Shown piece after piece: positions 15,101 to 26,476 of a stretch of DNA of 64,000 nucleotides. Every line of letters starts with the position of its first letter. The first letter of the stretch is position 1. The stretch is from Botryllus schlosseri (lineage: Eukaryota). The stretch lies in assembly GCA_051294905.1 (NCBI GenBank), contig CM119383.1, positions 9,920,001-9,984,000 on the forward strand, given 5' to 3'. The position numbers and the translations under genes were made by a program. The notes below the pieces were generated by a model. It ran no database searches. It was given only the letters and a program-made list of their open reading frames with translations, and was not told the origin of the DNA.

Positions 15101-15143
15101 CGACCTGCAGACCGGCGACGGCAATCGTTACAACATCATGTGA
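177..15143 (+). CDS. LDLR/LRP-like type I membrane protein (5' incomplete): YWTD propeller-EGF-YWTD propeller-EGF-HYR-Sushi-like-Thr/Pro stalk-TM-short tail, about 1005 aa in window
   Basis: 20 GT-AG exons join in frame: 177-247, 1075-1220, 1368-1601, 2969-3109, 3629-3752, 3815-3986, 4055-4186, 4246-4365, 7330-7464, 7535-7709, 8733-8866, 9191-9347, 9408-9577, 9636-9779, 10189-10305, 10372-10509, 11871-12110, 14151-14393, 14845-14953, 15026-15143 (TGA). Two sets of six YWTD-like blades (LVIWTS, LYFTD, LYWTD, LIFST, LYWTD, LYASD; LLVAD, LYWSD, LFYSD, IYWTD, LYVAE, AYVVD). EGF modules CNSDFECDHICLP..CACSLGY..C and CAKSECRHMC..CICADG..C. HYR DTSAPEPQNCPDD...ITYSAKDKAGNVGYCVFTVNV. TM IVAVIVVLVIVLVIIIVVVAVFA. 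Confidence 0.88.
1664..2195 (-). mobile_element. Degenerate copy of the TACTT-rich hAT-like family (CAGAGGTGGTCAGT end)
   Basis: Ends in GAAGTACTTCGTTACTGACCAC, the reverse complement of the left end of 46930-48234. Other fragments lie at ~1280-1322, ~7850-8502, ~9900-9970, ~13120-13190, ~44055-44210, ~50272-50681, ~58985-59049 and ~61277-61350. Confidence 0.6.
5234..6852 (-). mobile_element. hAT element with decayed transposase remnant
   Basis: TIRs CAGTGTTGCCACT / AGTGGCACCACTG, perfect 8-bp TSD TATTTAAT, subterminal AAAACACTAG repeats. Minus strand ~5665-5780 reads TEFWQKLKYVHNGFGESKFPLLGKLMNNLLALPHSAAC, resembling the hAT C-terminal dimerization domain. Confidence 0.88.
5995..6494 (+). 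mobile_element. 5'-truncated non-LTR retrotransposon (L2/CR1/Crack-like) 3' end
   Basis: 6009-6203 encodes HVHSHYTRSSSKGNIYLPPPNSNLTKRSIDYSGPITWNALPPHIRELPYNRFKKALLDHLLSLH*, matching the HxYxTR..G..WNxLP..R..FK pattern of L2/CR1-group ORF2 C-termini. AATAAA at 6466-6471 is followed by a (CT)n tail at 6474-6490. Confidence 0.75.
11074..11810 (+). mobile_element. SINE copy (same family as 43565-43912) split by a hAT MITE
   Basis: Body CCAAGACCTGATT..CTGGTATCCATG..CTTGTCCAG(A/C)GGCATATGCAC is shared with 43565-43912 and 60810-61015. It resumes after the insertion at 11699. Confidence 0.75.
11238..11690. mobile_element. hAT-type MITE (453 bp)
   Basis: TIR TAGGGTTGCATTTAAAACAAA at both ends; perfect 8-bp TSD ACTCATGG (11230-11237 / 11691-11698). 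Confidence 0.92.
12340..12500. repeat. Small hairpin MITE-like repeat
   Basis: Imperfect inverted arms GACCCG..CGGCTGACACTCGTCAGGG..GTCAGCA / TGCTGAC..CCCTGACGAGAGTCAGTCG..CGGGTT. A related partial copy lies at ~7170-7265. Confidence 0.6.
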
Positions 15144-16669
15144 AAATGCGGCGTCGACATTTGAACTTACGAACTGGAAAAACAAACCTTTCTGTTGCTG
15201 TGTCTGTGTCCGACCGCGTAGATTGCTTGCGGTTAGGGCTGGCCGCAATGATTCCAGTATTAATTCAATGATTCGGGTCGAGTCGTGAGAGACGATTGTT
15301 TCGTGAACTTAAATAATACACCCCTTGCCACTAGGACTTATATTGTCAACGAGAACTATAGTTTCCATGTTTTTTTTCAAACGTGGGTGCTCTGAAGCCT
15401 CAATCGGTCGTATCACGGCGTACAAAGTTGAGCTGCGTCATCCATGTTAGGGCGGTTGAATATTTTGGAGTGTGGAATTGAAGGCCGGTATTCGCTTGAA
15501 GCGTACGCGCCGTGATTTGATAGCTACGGAGGCTAATTTGGGTGCATCTACACTCCAGAATACGCAATCGTCCCGCTTGGGCGGTTACAAGATTCCCCGT
15601 GCTTTGGAAATCGGGCGACACGGACGCGGTGAAGATGGAGTCGTCCGGCCAGTCGTACGAGATTATGACGTGAGAAAATGTGCAACCAGTCAATTATCTT
15701 ATACTTACTGTCGGTGTTTGGATAGTTTTATTACCGAACGAGCACATTTGCCAATTCTACTTTTTGCGATCATTCTCTTTCTCTTTTTATCGATATCGAC
15801 AGTAATCAACGGCAATCTGTAGATTTACTCCAAAGCGAAATAGTAGATTGGACAAACACTGTATATGCCTCATGCATCGGCCTCTCATTGCGACCATGCT
15901 AAAATTTAATTCAGATTGCAATAAGACACAGTACAAAATATTCCGCAATTTACCGTTATTAGTTATAGATATAATAGTGCCTTGTAAGTTTCCAAATATT
16001 GGTTTGATACTTTTCGTAAGTTTACCAGATTCAAAGATATATGACTTTGATCGGTAGCGTGTATTATAGGCCCGCCGTACTGCGATGCGTCCAATCCCTT
16101 GCAACAATTCTTGTTTGTATCGTTTCCTATACTTTGCATGCCATTTGTTACTTCTTGAAACGAAAACTGTCGCATATTTTGGTAAATAAATTTGTTGTAA
16201 GCGACGACAACGAAATTTTAAACGACGCGAGTTCGAGTTGGCTGTATGTCTTTTGGGGATGTGATAGAAGCTGGGGAGTGGCGATATGCGGAACTCCTGT
16301 CATCACATGCTAGCAACAGCAGGCACAATTAATTTTCTCAGTGACGGAATGACGCTTAGTAAACACACGATTCAAGAAAGGAAAATCAGTGTCTATATTC
16401 TATACGTAAATATGAAAAGGAAACATAAATGTTGCGATATTTCAGTTCGAATTATTTAACAACAGAGTGTTAAGGCTGCGAAGGTCACCTGAGGTACAAT
16501 TTTGCGACAATGAAAGACGGCACTTGATCATGTGACTTTATCATCATCCAGCTACACTTAAATCCTTCGTAACTTTGTGTCCATTCAGAAATCCGTTGAA
16601 GTCGCCTCATTTCGTCAAAACTCAATTCTTGAATGAGCGAGATAGTTACCGACCCATTAATCACGACTT

Positions 16670-16740
16670 GTAAGAGAGCGCAGTGGTAATCATCAGCTGC
16701 AACACCAATGGGTGGCGAGTTCGAATCGTTGGCCCTTTTC
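16670..16740 (+). pseudogene. Degenerate tRNA-like sequence (tRNA pseudogene or SINE head)
   Basis: A-box-like AGCGCAGTGG and B-box-like GAGTTCGAATC at tRNA-like spacing, followed by TTTT. The cloverleaf stems pair poorly. Confidence 0.35.
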
Positions 16741-17221
16741 TAGTCAGCCTCCGTTGCAGTACTCCGTATTAAATTGACCAAAAATACAGGACGTATTGCG
16801 GAAAAACAGGACATTTTAGTTTTATTGAAAAAAGAGGACACATGCTATTCCATATTTGCTGTATCGAACGCATTGCCAAATATGTGGTTACCACGTTTAG
16901 TCGATTCGGCTTGAAAATGCTTGGACTTCGAATTGATTCGCTTTGGTCATCCTAATCTCGACAGACCAATGCCTTTCATCGCGCCGTCAAAAACACAGAT
17001 CCTCCAGCCGTCCAAGAGCACCGTAACCAGATCGACGCCAACACTTCTCGGGATATTTTTAATAAATAAAAACACAGTATACAGAGCAACGACCAGTAGA
17101 TCAAAAAATGGCAGTGAGCCTAGAAAAACAATAAAACAGCGGCACAAAATCATCCAAACGCACATAAACCGACTTCAACACCAAGATACACGTTTCGGCT
17201 AGGTGTCGAGCAGCAAAACTG

Positions 17222-20200
17222 CTATTCGTCTTTCTGTTTATCATCGCCAGCAGTCAATGAGGCAGTTTGTGTTTCGTCTGTAGTAGAGCTGCCAGATTCG
17301 CGTGTTGTGCTTTGCACAATCTCGGGTATGGCTGCCGGAGACATTTTCGAGGCTATGTTGTCATCAGCACCAGTCTGCGCGATACAACTGCGCGCATTCA
17401 CGCTGCCACTACACTCCTCCGAACTGTCGAGAAGTTGCTGCGAGGTCTCGTTGTTCAGAGTGTCTTTGCCACCGGCGTCCTGAAAGGCATAGAAGTCCTG
17501 AAATCAGTGGTTCTCAAAACGGTTTGATTCCGAATTGATGAAGGTTCTATGGGTTATACTTTTCAAAGTACTGTCACAAACTAATAGTTCCCATAAACCA
17601 TATCACATTCATATGTCAGATGTATCATGTTACATTGGCGGAATCGGTTTATAGAACAAGCCACTGCCATTTTTGGTTGATTTTGGATGTGTGACCTAGT
17701 GTCACTCGGCCTTAGGTGAAAATCGGTGTTACACGTGGCAGGATTACAGAAAATCTACAATACCATCATTTACCTCATTCTCCGTTCCCGCCAACAACTT
17801 CTCTACAATACTCGTGACGTGCTCCGCATGCTCCAGACTCTCCTTCAAGTCCGCCACTTCGTTTCGAAGTTCGGCAATGACTTTGTCTTTTTTCTCATGC
17901 TCCTCGTGCAACTGACCAAAAAATTCAAAAGTTACTTCCAGTTTGCGACCAACATCGCGATAAGAAAGGCTTCTTCCTTGACAGGTAGAAATATAGAGAA
18001 CCGAGAAGTAGCGTATGCAATATTGACGCCTATCACACAAGCCCCTATCCCTTCTGCATCTACTGATCAGGGTTGTGACCAAGTCGCAAGGTTCCGAGCC
18101 GCAAGTCAATTTCACTATTATAATTTTGTTAGAATCACGTAGAGTCATTTTCAATCCACCGCCAGGTCCAAGTCAGTAAGCAGACGGTCCAGTCCCAAGT
18201 CAAAGTGTCGCGACTCGAGTCCTAGTCATTGTTTTCGTTGATCAGTTTTTAGTTCAAGTCATGTTCGACCCACTTTTTCCAACTCTACTTGGGCGACATT
18301 CACATTCATTTTACAATAATTTTGCTCCCTCTCTGCAGTGTCCTAATTTTCAAGCAAAGTACTGATAGACAATATACCAATAATTTGGTAACTTTACTAT
18401 TCTTTGAAGTTACAATGAGCACCTGTCTTGGCCGTCCTAGTCTCGAGTCATGCGCGATGACTCGAGTATGCGGAGACAATACACAAATTGACTCGAGTAC
18501 ACTATTTTTAGTGTTTGAAAAAATGACTCGAGCAAGTCTAGTCACAAAATGATCTCGACTCCAGTCATTAGAACCCTGGTCCTGATCCTATAGCTTGCGA
18601 GATAAGCTTTCATAACAATAAATAATGGAAAATACAAATGTACGAGGACAGCTTTCCAAGTTGCGATTTCACACGTCTCGGACAACGCTTTGAAATTGCG
18701 GTAGCCTGGCCTATACCGTACCTTTTTATTCTGTTTCAGAGCCACAGCGAGGCCTTTTCGTCTCTCTTCGGCCAGCAGTTCCCAGTACCTCTCCGTAGGT
18801 TGACCGTTGCGAATCATATGGTAGTCTTCGCTGTTCAGCGCATCCTACATTCAAAACGATTAAAGGAAAAGGCATGGTAACAAAACATCCCTACATTAGG
18901 CTGCGAAAGTTGTAAGAACTCGAAAAAGGATTCCGGTTGCAAATTTTTCACAGCGGACACACTAGATCCCAGGGACCCAAGTATAGAGCTTCCAGCTGTT
19001 GCCCAGATATCAGATGAATCACTTCTCAAATATCTGTGAAAATCTACATACATACTTGGGGTACGTGGAGGGGTTAGATCGGTCTCACTATCATATCACA
19101 TTATATGTGTAAACTGTACAAATGGTGTAAGAGTCTGGTTGGCTCTGGGGTATGACGACTGAGTGGGTCATTGCAGTGTGTAATTAAAATAGGCTGCGTT
19201 ATTTTCTGAGCCCGTTACAAATATAGCATCAATTACCTGATAGATTTTACTTTTAGAATTGCCATGAGCAGACGGTTTGCCGCCTGATTTCTTCTTACTT
19301 TTAAAATTTTCTTTGTCGCCACTGTGAATTGAATTGAAAAAAATTAGATTTCTAGTAAATATGGACGAGCCATAAATGTGGGCGGGAGTGCACACATTGC
19401 ACAGTGCAGTAGGTGCCAAAGACCTAGCCAGATTGGTCGGAAGATTGTTATTGTCGGCATTCAAAAAGTAGATCACGTCCTGTCCGAGTGTTACAACCCC
19501 CGATGCAGTCAATGCGGAAGGATGTAAAATATTGATTCAAAACTACACCGACAGGGTGCTAAAAGTCTCTAGATGCAACAATTGCACACTAACTATAGGT
19601 AATATGACGTTGAAAACTGCATCACTCCATCCTAGACACAGCAAGTTGAAATTAGAAGTGTCCTTGCTTGAAAATTCACAAGAGGGAAGAAGAACTCTGC
19701 AACTATAGCCACTTATAAATTCAGGTTGCTAACTGAACCGTCACACAATTGATATAAAATGCAGGCTCACGTACGCTCCTGGTTTTGAGCTGGCAGGCAC
19801 GGAGAAGAGCGACTCCGTTTTTAAATTCTCTGGCTGAAAAGTGCCGATTGTTTTTCGTTTTGGAACATTGTCGACCGACGACTGTGTGAGACCGAGCTTC
19901 TTCGATGCGACATGTTGCTAAAATGAATCAAGATAAATATGCAAGCGATGGCCTAAATAACAAATTAGATAATTTCAATTGACCGTTATCAAGTAACTAT
20001 AGGTGGGTGAAGTATGAAATGGAATCCGACATTGCGAAAATGGAGACATATCACTACTGCCAACAATTTGCACACGCAATTAAAACAGTCTAATATGGTA
20101 GCCTACATAAGATTTGACGTATTCATAAGCGATAGACAATTAAAGGAAAACCAATTTGTCACTGTGTCAGGACCACAATGTTTAATTGATCAATTGATAA

Positions 20201-20389
20201 TTCACATGAAATCATATATACATTATGCCAAATAATTAATCAATTTAATACAGTTCCTCGATCATGTACAGAATAACTGAAGTTTTATAAACTCACTTTT
20301 TGATTACTTGTTGGATGTGTCGCGGCTTTACCAATTGTTACAGAAGTATTATCGGTTAGATTTGCAAGGATTCTCGAACTCGATGCCAT
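17222..20389 (-). CDS. GMNN: Geminin (DNA replication licensing inhibitor), about 285 aa
   Basis: Exons 20389-20297 (ATG), 19917-19775, 19321-19237, 18844-18722, 17911-17774, 17497-17222 (TAG), all in consistent phase. Geminin coiled coil PTERYWELLAEERRKGLAVALKQNKKLHEEHEKKDKVIAELRNEV; D-box-like KRKTIGTFQP. Confidence 0.88.
18068..18578. mobile_element. GACTCGAGTC-rich hAT-like MITE in a geminin intron
   Basis: Ends CAGGGTTGTGACCAAGTC / GTCATTAGAACCCTG; homologous to 31220-31794; eroded TSD ctactgat / gtcctgat. Confidence 0.75.
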
Positions 20390-22482
20390 ACTTTCAGATT
20401 GTTGAGGTCACCGAGTGACTCGCACTTCGAACTGACGAAAATCGATAGTATCCAACTGAGGAATATAGACAATGTAACTGCAAGAACATAAGTAGAGATG
20501 AAATGAGGAATAAAGATTATCGTAATATCATCATCTGGCGACCGAAGCAGTAAATTAAATAAAACTGGTCTCAATCAAACGAAAGCAGCTGCCACAGTGT
20601 CACACAGATTCCGAAAAGAGAAATAATGGCGTAATTATCGTTAGGGGATGCTGGTAATGCCGATTTTCAACCGCAATGGCGAATTTAGGGGTTCCAGTGA
20701 AAAGTGGCAGTGTCCCGACTGCATGGCGTGGCGTTTTGAACTGCAATTTATGCTTTCGCCTTTTAGGAAACAGAGGGTCATTAGCTTTGATTGAGAATGG
20801 TTTCGCACTCACTGAACCCGCAAAAATATATTAATATCTTGGTAAATTAGTATACAACGTCCCTCGATTACAACCTCCCATAATGAAAGAAAGAACATAC
20901 AAAACATCTGCAGTAGTTCAAGATTTCCCGCAGCTAGCAGGCTTTCGCTGTAGCGAGTCTGAGGTGTGAGACTAACTAACAAACCTGGACTTAGCTTAAA
21001 ACCCAAACCTGGACTATGATTTTCATAATTAGCCAGTAACCTCTATTTCACTCGCTCAATGCGTAACAACCAAGTGCGTTCTCTTATTCTACACCCGATG
21101 TAACAATCTTCGATCTTGATATTTGGCCTGTATTTCTCCTGTATTCTACGTATTCCTTACTATATTTGCCATTCGTATGACGCATTGTCATATATTAATC
21201 ATCACTAGCATTAGCTGTATTTTTGTTCACTAGATCACCGCGTAGACATTGGAAATCCGCAATAGAGTCAGAAAACTCAAGTTTAGTTTTGCAACATTTC
21301 TTGTCATTTGCAACATTTACATAACCCTATCGGATTGTTGCCTGTAAAAAAAAGACGGTCGACGGAGACTGCGCACACGACGCGGCCGACGATCACGATC
21401 ACGGGTCGATAAATGTAACGTACGAATATGGAATCTGACATTCCAGAGTAAGCTTACTACGCTATCAACAACGAAATAAAGCGCAACATTATCGGTATGA
21501 AGATCTGGTGAGCGAGATATATGCAATGTATTTTGCCATAGTGTAACCGTCGATCCCGTCGCCTTCGGGTCAGTACCCTCCACTAAACTACATAAACAAT
21601 ACATTATATGTAAATTTTGCTGCCATTGTGTGTGCCAAGGATTTCTGTTATGTAAATTAAATCATTATTACTGTTGTAATTTACCGCATATCGACTGCTC
21701 AACGACTTGTACCCTACCCGGTACATCGGTTGACCGTTTTTATCTCCGAGAAGACAGAAAGTGGCAGTCATTTTAACATTTGCATTGCATCACCCAGCAT
21801 TTCTGCATCATATTATTTTCGCTAATATTCGCTAAATTCGTATAATTTAAGAATGTCGCACAATCCTTGTTTGTAGCACATGTAGAAATTCAATCGGCAG
21901 TTGCTCAAAAAACAGATTATCAGTTATTCCTTATCAGTTGGAATGTTATTGATAGTTTAGCAAGACCATACTATAAGTGCTGGAAACAGTGCTGTGGGAG
22001 TAAGTTACATGTAACAGAAGAGCATATTTAAAAAAATATTTGAGTAGTTAAACGTAAAGTTGCATGTGATGTTCCAATTCCACTCTGGGTTCGTGGAACT
22101 TAGGTGGTATTCTCATAATGCATTTGTTTATAGTGCAGAGTGCAGACATGGGTGATTACTGCATCAAATCCATATAATTGAGTGCCATTGCGAGTATTTC
22201 TGGGTGTGAACTGAAATGCGGCATTATTATTGTATGAAAAATATTATTCACAATTCGGCTACATATTCGCAGATCGCAGACAATACAAACAATTTATATG
22301 TGACTGCATCACAAGTAATTGCAAATCATCATTATTGCAAAACTGTTGCGACTTGATACCTGCTTCATGGTTATTATTGTCTTTAATTCAACATTCTACC
22401 CTTAAACAGTTTCCTTTACTAGTTATATAGTATGGTGATCTGATCCGTCAAAATTGGTAATTGGAGAAGTAGGCGTGCGGCA

Positions 22483-24117
22483 ATGGACCGAGAGGAAGAG
22501 GTGGAAGATATTTCGGAGGAAGATGACCACCAAGAAGGTGAAGATGGTGACACAGACCTTTCAATGGTCCTCGCTCTTCTCATCGGAAGTGGTCAGTTGC
22601 GATTAGCCTCCAATCAAAGCTTCCTTAGAAGAGTTGTTCTGGATGAAGAATCGGACGAAGACGATGCTGCAGCAATTGATGAAAACTTACAAGTCCCTGA
22701 CACCATCCAAGACAGCGCCTTAATGCAGGATGTACTACTCTCCTCTGGTAACATTACACATCCCGGTTCTACTGTTGATCATAGCGTTTCCAGAATGTTG
22801 AGAGCCCGCGAAATTGGCTGCTGTGGATGGGGACGGAAAGGCTTCTTAACACCCGGGTTAAAAGCTGTTGTGTGTAACGACAAGTTACCGTTGGAAGTCA
22901 TGAAGACGTTTGTGCTTCCAGAGAAACTGTTTTGTGGTATATTTTCTGAAGACGGTAATACTTTCCTGTCCGCATGTCAGGACGGATATATCCGTGTATA
23001 CGACACAAGCTCGTTTGATTTTTCCAAAAAATCTATGCCTTTTAAGAGAATACCTGCGATTGATGTCGGGTGGAGCATTTTGGATGTGGCGTTCAGTCCG
23101 GACTCCTATTACGCAGCGTATTCCACATGGTCTAATCACATTCACATTTCTTCTATCTATGACAATGAAGATGAAAATTTATCGTCACACATTGCCTTGG
23201 ATTTGGAGCCTGGCAACCACAGCTTTGCCGTGTTTTCGTTACAGTTTTCCGGGGACAACAGAGAAATCTTGTGCGGTGCGAATGACGGCGATCTGTATAT
23301 CTACGACAGAAATCTTGGCAAGAGAACATCCCGTATCAATGCTCATGAAGATGATGTCAATGCGATTCGTTTCGCTGATCCTTCCTCTCAAATATTGTAC
23401 TCCGGCGGTGATGATGGTCTTATCAATGTCTGGGATCGGAGAATGCTGCACGAAAGTAATTCGCAACGAGTCGGATGTTTTGCGGGTCATCTCGATGGAA
23501 TAACGTTCATCGATTCGAAGGAAGATTCTCGATATCTGCTTTCGAACAGTAAAGATCAATGCGTTAAGATGTGGGACATGCGTAACTTTTCATCGGCCGA
23601 GGCGCAAAACGCTGTCAAAGATGTAGTTTCAAGACAGGCTTGGGATTACAGGTGGCAAGTGCTGCCAAGACGGCAACAGCGTCGTAAAAAGACTGTACCC
23701 GGCGATACATCTATAAAAACATATCAAGGGCATGTCGTATCACGAACATTAATACGGGCTCGTTTCTCTCCATTGCACTCCACCGGCCAGAGATACATTT
23801 ATTGCGGTAGCTCAGACGGGAAGGTGGTGATATATGATATTATTACAGGCGATATAGTGTCTGGCGGCCCGAAGCACCAGGAGTGTGTCAGGGATGTGTC
23901 GTGGCATCCTTATGAGCCAATGATTGTTTCGAGCTCTTGGGACAGGTCTCACAAAGTATGGGGACATATTCTATTCGAAGATGATCATGATCAAATCACG
24001 GATAGGTCTAGTAGGAAAAGAATTCGTTCAGGAGAAGCTGGTGGTCGCCAGCCTTACAAATACAGCTCCACAACACGGCGCAGCCCAAGACTAGCTGCCC
24101 GTGAAAGTAATCGTTGA
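22483..24117 (+). CDS. DCAF11: DDB1- and CUL4-associated factor 11 (WDR23), WD40 substrate receptor, single coding exon, 544 aa
   Basis: Uninterrupted ORF. N-terminal DLSMVLALLIGSGQLRL, DVGWSILDVAFSPD, AHEDDVNAIRFAD, FAGHLDGITFIDSKEDSRYLLSNSKDQCVKMWDMR, WDYRWQ and YQGHVVSRTLIRARFSP are characteristic of the DCAF11/LEC14B family. Confidence 0.95.
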   Translation: MDREEEVEDISEEDDHQEGEDGDTDLSMVLALLIGSGQLRLASNQSFLRRVVLDEESDEDDAAAIDENLQVPDTIQDSALMQDVLLSSGNITHPGSTVDHSVSRMLRAREIGCCGWGRKGFLTPGLKAVVCNDKLPLEVMKTFVLPEKLFCGIFSEDGNTFLSACQDGYIRVYDTSSFDFSKKSMPFKRIPAIDVGWSILDVAFSPDSYYAAYSTWSNHIHISSIYDNEDENLSSHIALDLEPGNHSFAVFSLQFSGDNREILCGANDGDLYIYDRNLGKRTSRINAHEDDVNAIRFADPSSQILYSGGDDGLINVWDRRMLHESNSQRVGCFAGHLDGITFIDSKEDSRYLLSNSKDQCVKMWDMRNFSSAEAQNAVKDVVSRQAWDYRWQVLPRRQQRRKKTVPGDTSIKTYQGHVVSRTLIRARFSPLHSTGQRYIYCGSSDGKVVIYDIITGDIVSGGPKHQECVRDVSWHPYEPMIVSSSWDRSHKVWGHILFEDDHDQITDRSSRKRIRSGEAGGRQPYKYSSTTRRSPRLAARESNR

Positions 24118-25114
24118 AACGTTACTGGTTTACCTGTCCGCCGAGTATATGCGCTTGTTTTTAAATTCAGATATCATGCTTTGTATCAGTGGTTGGCAAC
24201 CTGCAGTCTTATAACTTCTGGACTTTTTGTCAATACTGTAGTGTAAGGAAGTTTGGCACATTAACTGTTGGTAAGTGTCTTCAATTCTAAAATTGATCTT
24301 AATTCATTTCGCTATGTTTGACTAATAGATGGGTGTGCTGTTTTTTTAAAAACGACTCAACTACAGCACGAGTTCTTAGGGTACAAAGGTTGCCAACTGA
24401 TGAAGTGATGATGACTTTTGTAAGCATTACAAAGATTGGTCTTGCTTCTTGGATATCTGAAACTTCGAAATCTAGTTCAATTATGTATTGGACTTTATTT
24501 ATTGAATATTGTTTGTGGTCGCACTGGACATCTTGGATCTGTGATTAGCTTCATTGGGTTGAGAAAAATGTAATTGTAACACATGTAACAGGTGATAGCA
24601 GTCTGCAGTCTGGCAGTGAGACCTTCCCACACCACACTAGCAGATGTTATGTATCTATTTTGTCATTGTGATGCGGTGATTGGTGATGTGATCTTTTGCT
24701 TTAAATAATGACCTATGATTGTTCTCTTCAATACTTTTATCATGTTATGCTTGTTGCTTGTCTGTTAAATGATCTGTGAAAATTCTGGATCCACGATGCA
24801 AATTAGTCTTCTGGGCCTAGTGGTGTAGCCTTTGTACCAGTAGAAACAGTGCATCTAAGAATGCTACAGAAGGGAATAGGTTATGGAGCTTACATATTAG
24901 TATTCCAACATGAATGTTCACATCAGCCATGTCGGTTTTTGACATGGTCAGAAAATGTGTATTGTGCACTGTATAACTGTTCTCCAGGTTTGTAATTCAT
25001 GACATGAGCTCTATCTACCAACTGTACAATGTGCAGCCGTATATTTGTGTAAAACTGTTGCTTTACTTGCTTTTGATGAATGCTACCCCTGACCACATGT
25101 ACAGAAGCAGAAAC

Positions 25115-25152
25115 TATAGATAACTAACCTAGACGCAGGTTAGTCATCTATA
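25115..25152. repeat. Ultra-short palindromic dispersed repeat (copy 1 of 3)
   Basis: TATAGATAACTAACCT-agacgc-AGGTTAGTCATCTATA; related copies at 44641-44683 and 46023-46060. Confidence 0.75.
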
Positions 25153-25553
25153 CAGAAAAATACTTGGTAAGAGTCAATTACTGTTGACCACCCATGTCTA
25201 GCTGCCTGGTTGGAATCGCTGGCCTTTTTGCCTGATATATCAGGTGAGCAGCCATGATTTTCCAAGTTGAAGTAATTTAATAAATAATAATTAAAAAATA
25301 AAACATAGTGTGAGCACAGGACACCGATTCCATACAGGTCTAGCTGAAGGTATGTGAAACAGCCCGTAGATGCTATACACCACTGTTATAATGCACGTAA
25401 GTCGCACTGAACAATCCTTCCTTCAATATAATGGGTAAAATGTTTTTATAAAGTCAATCAATCCCTATGAACAAAGTGAGGTGACTTCCGTATACGAAAT
25501 ACGGTATCAGTTGTGGACAGGACTACATCAGGTAAGCTACAGGCCTATATGGA

Positions 25554-25857
25554 CAGGGTTACCATACGTCCTCCTTGGAAATTCGTCATCCTTTACAGCT
25601 TATAAAGCCAAGATATTGAAGAGATTCGAGTTAAAATAAGAATGAATGAATGATGCTGAATAGGAAATTCGTGGTTCGGACGTAGGTGACGACCATTTTT
25701 TTACAAGACAGCAAGTTCAAGCAAAAAGTGTGTAAATTGGGAGTCGAACAAATGTGATGACCTTATTTTAATCTATCTTTCTGGGTTTTTCATATTGTAA
25801 GTCTGAAAATTTTGAAAAAGTGTCCTCCATTGCCGATTTCAAAATATGGTTACCCCA
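25554..25857. mobile_element. hAT (Blackjack-like end) MITE
   Basis: Ends CAGGGTTACCATACGTCC / TATGGTTACCCCA; TSD tatatgga / tatatgca (7/8); homologous to 48281-48615. Confidence 0.75.
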
Positions 25858-25899
25858 TATATGCAGCAATGTCATGTTTCAATTTTACTTGTTTGGTTT

Positions 25900-26476
25900 A
25901 CTTCAGTTCTGACTGGAGTCATTTTCAACTCACACGTCAGGGTCGAGTCACACGGAACTCGAGTCCAAGTCGGTGTACCGTACGAAGTACATGGCCATTA
26001 GGGTCAGCTTCGAAGCTGACTCTTCAATCCGTTTTGCAGAGTCGCTTGGAGACGACTTGAGCAATGAGCATTACCGGTATACTTGAAAACGAATCCATAC
26101 TACCGCTACATACCAACATATTATGTTCATATTTCATGAAACCGGCACGTATTTCAACTGGGTGAAAATGAAAGCTCTATCAGCAGTTCAGCGTTACAAC
26201 TAATGAAGCGAGTATAGCCAACAATATAACTTCGGGCATTCTAGAACTGCGCGAAAGAATTTCTAGAAAGGAAATATCAACTGTTGCAGCATATTCCAGA
26301 GCTGAATCCCAAAGTGCTGTGTATCATTCGAGCAACGACAAACATTACCATGTAAACTCGATCGCATTTACAGCACTTCAGCAAGCTGTCTCATGACGTA
26401 ACTCCAAGACGACTTGGCCATGTAACTAGGCTTATCAACTATTTTGAAGAAAATGACTCGAGTCATTACAACCGTG
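25900..26476. mobile_element. Degenerate GACTCGAGTC-rich element
   Basis: Ends GACTCGAGTCATTACAACCGTG, similar to the right end of 31220-31794; left end eroded. Confidence 0.55.

Noticed and set aside
18895-19033. Extra geminin exon (YLRSDSSDIW..SQPN) with plausible AG/GT ends
   Set aside because: Its phase is incompatible with the upstream exon ending at 19237; direct 19237-18844 splicing keeps the frame.
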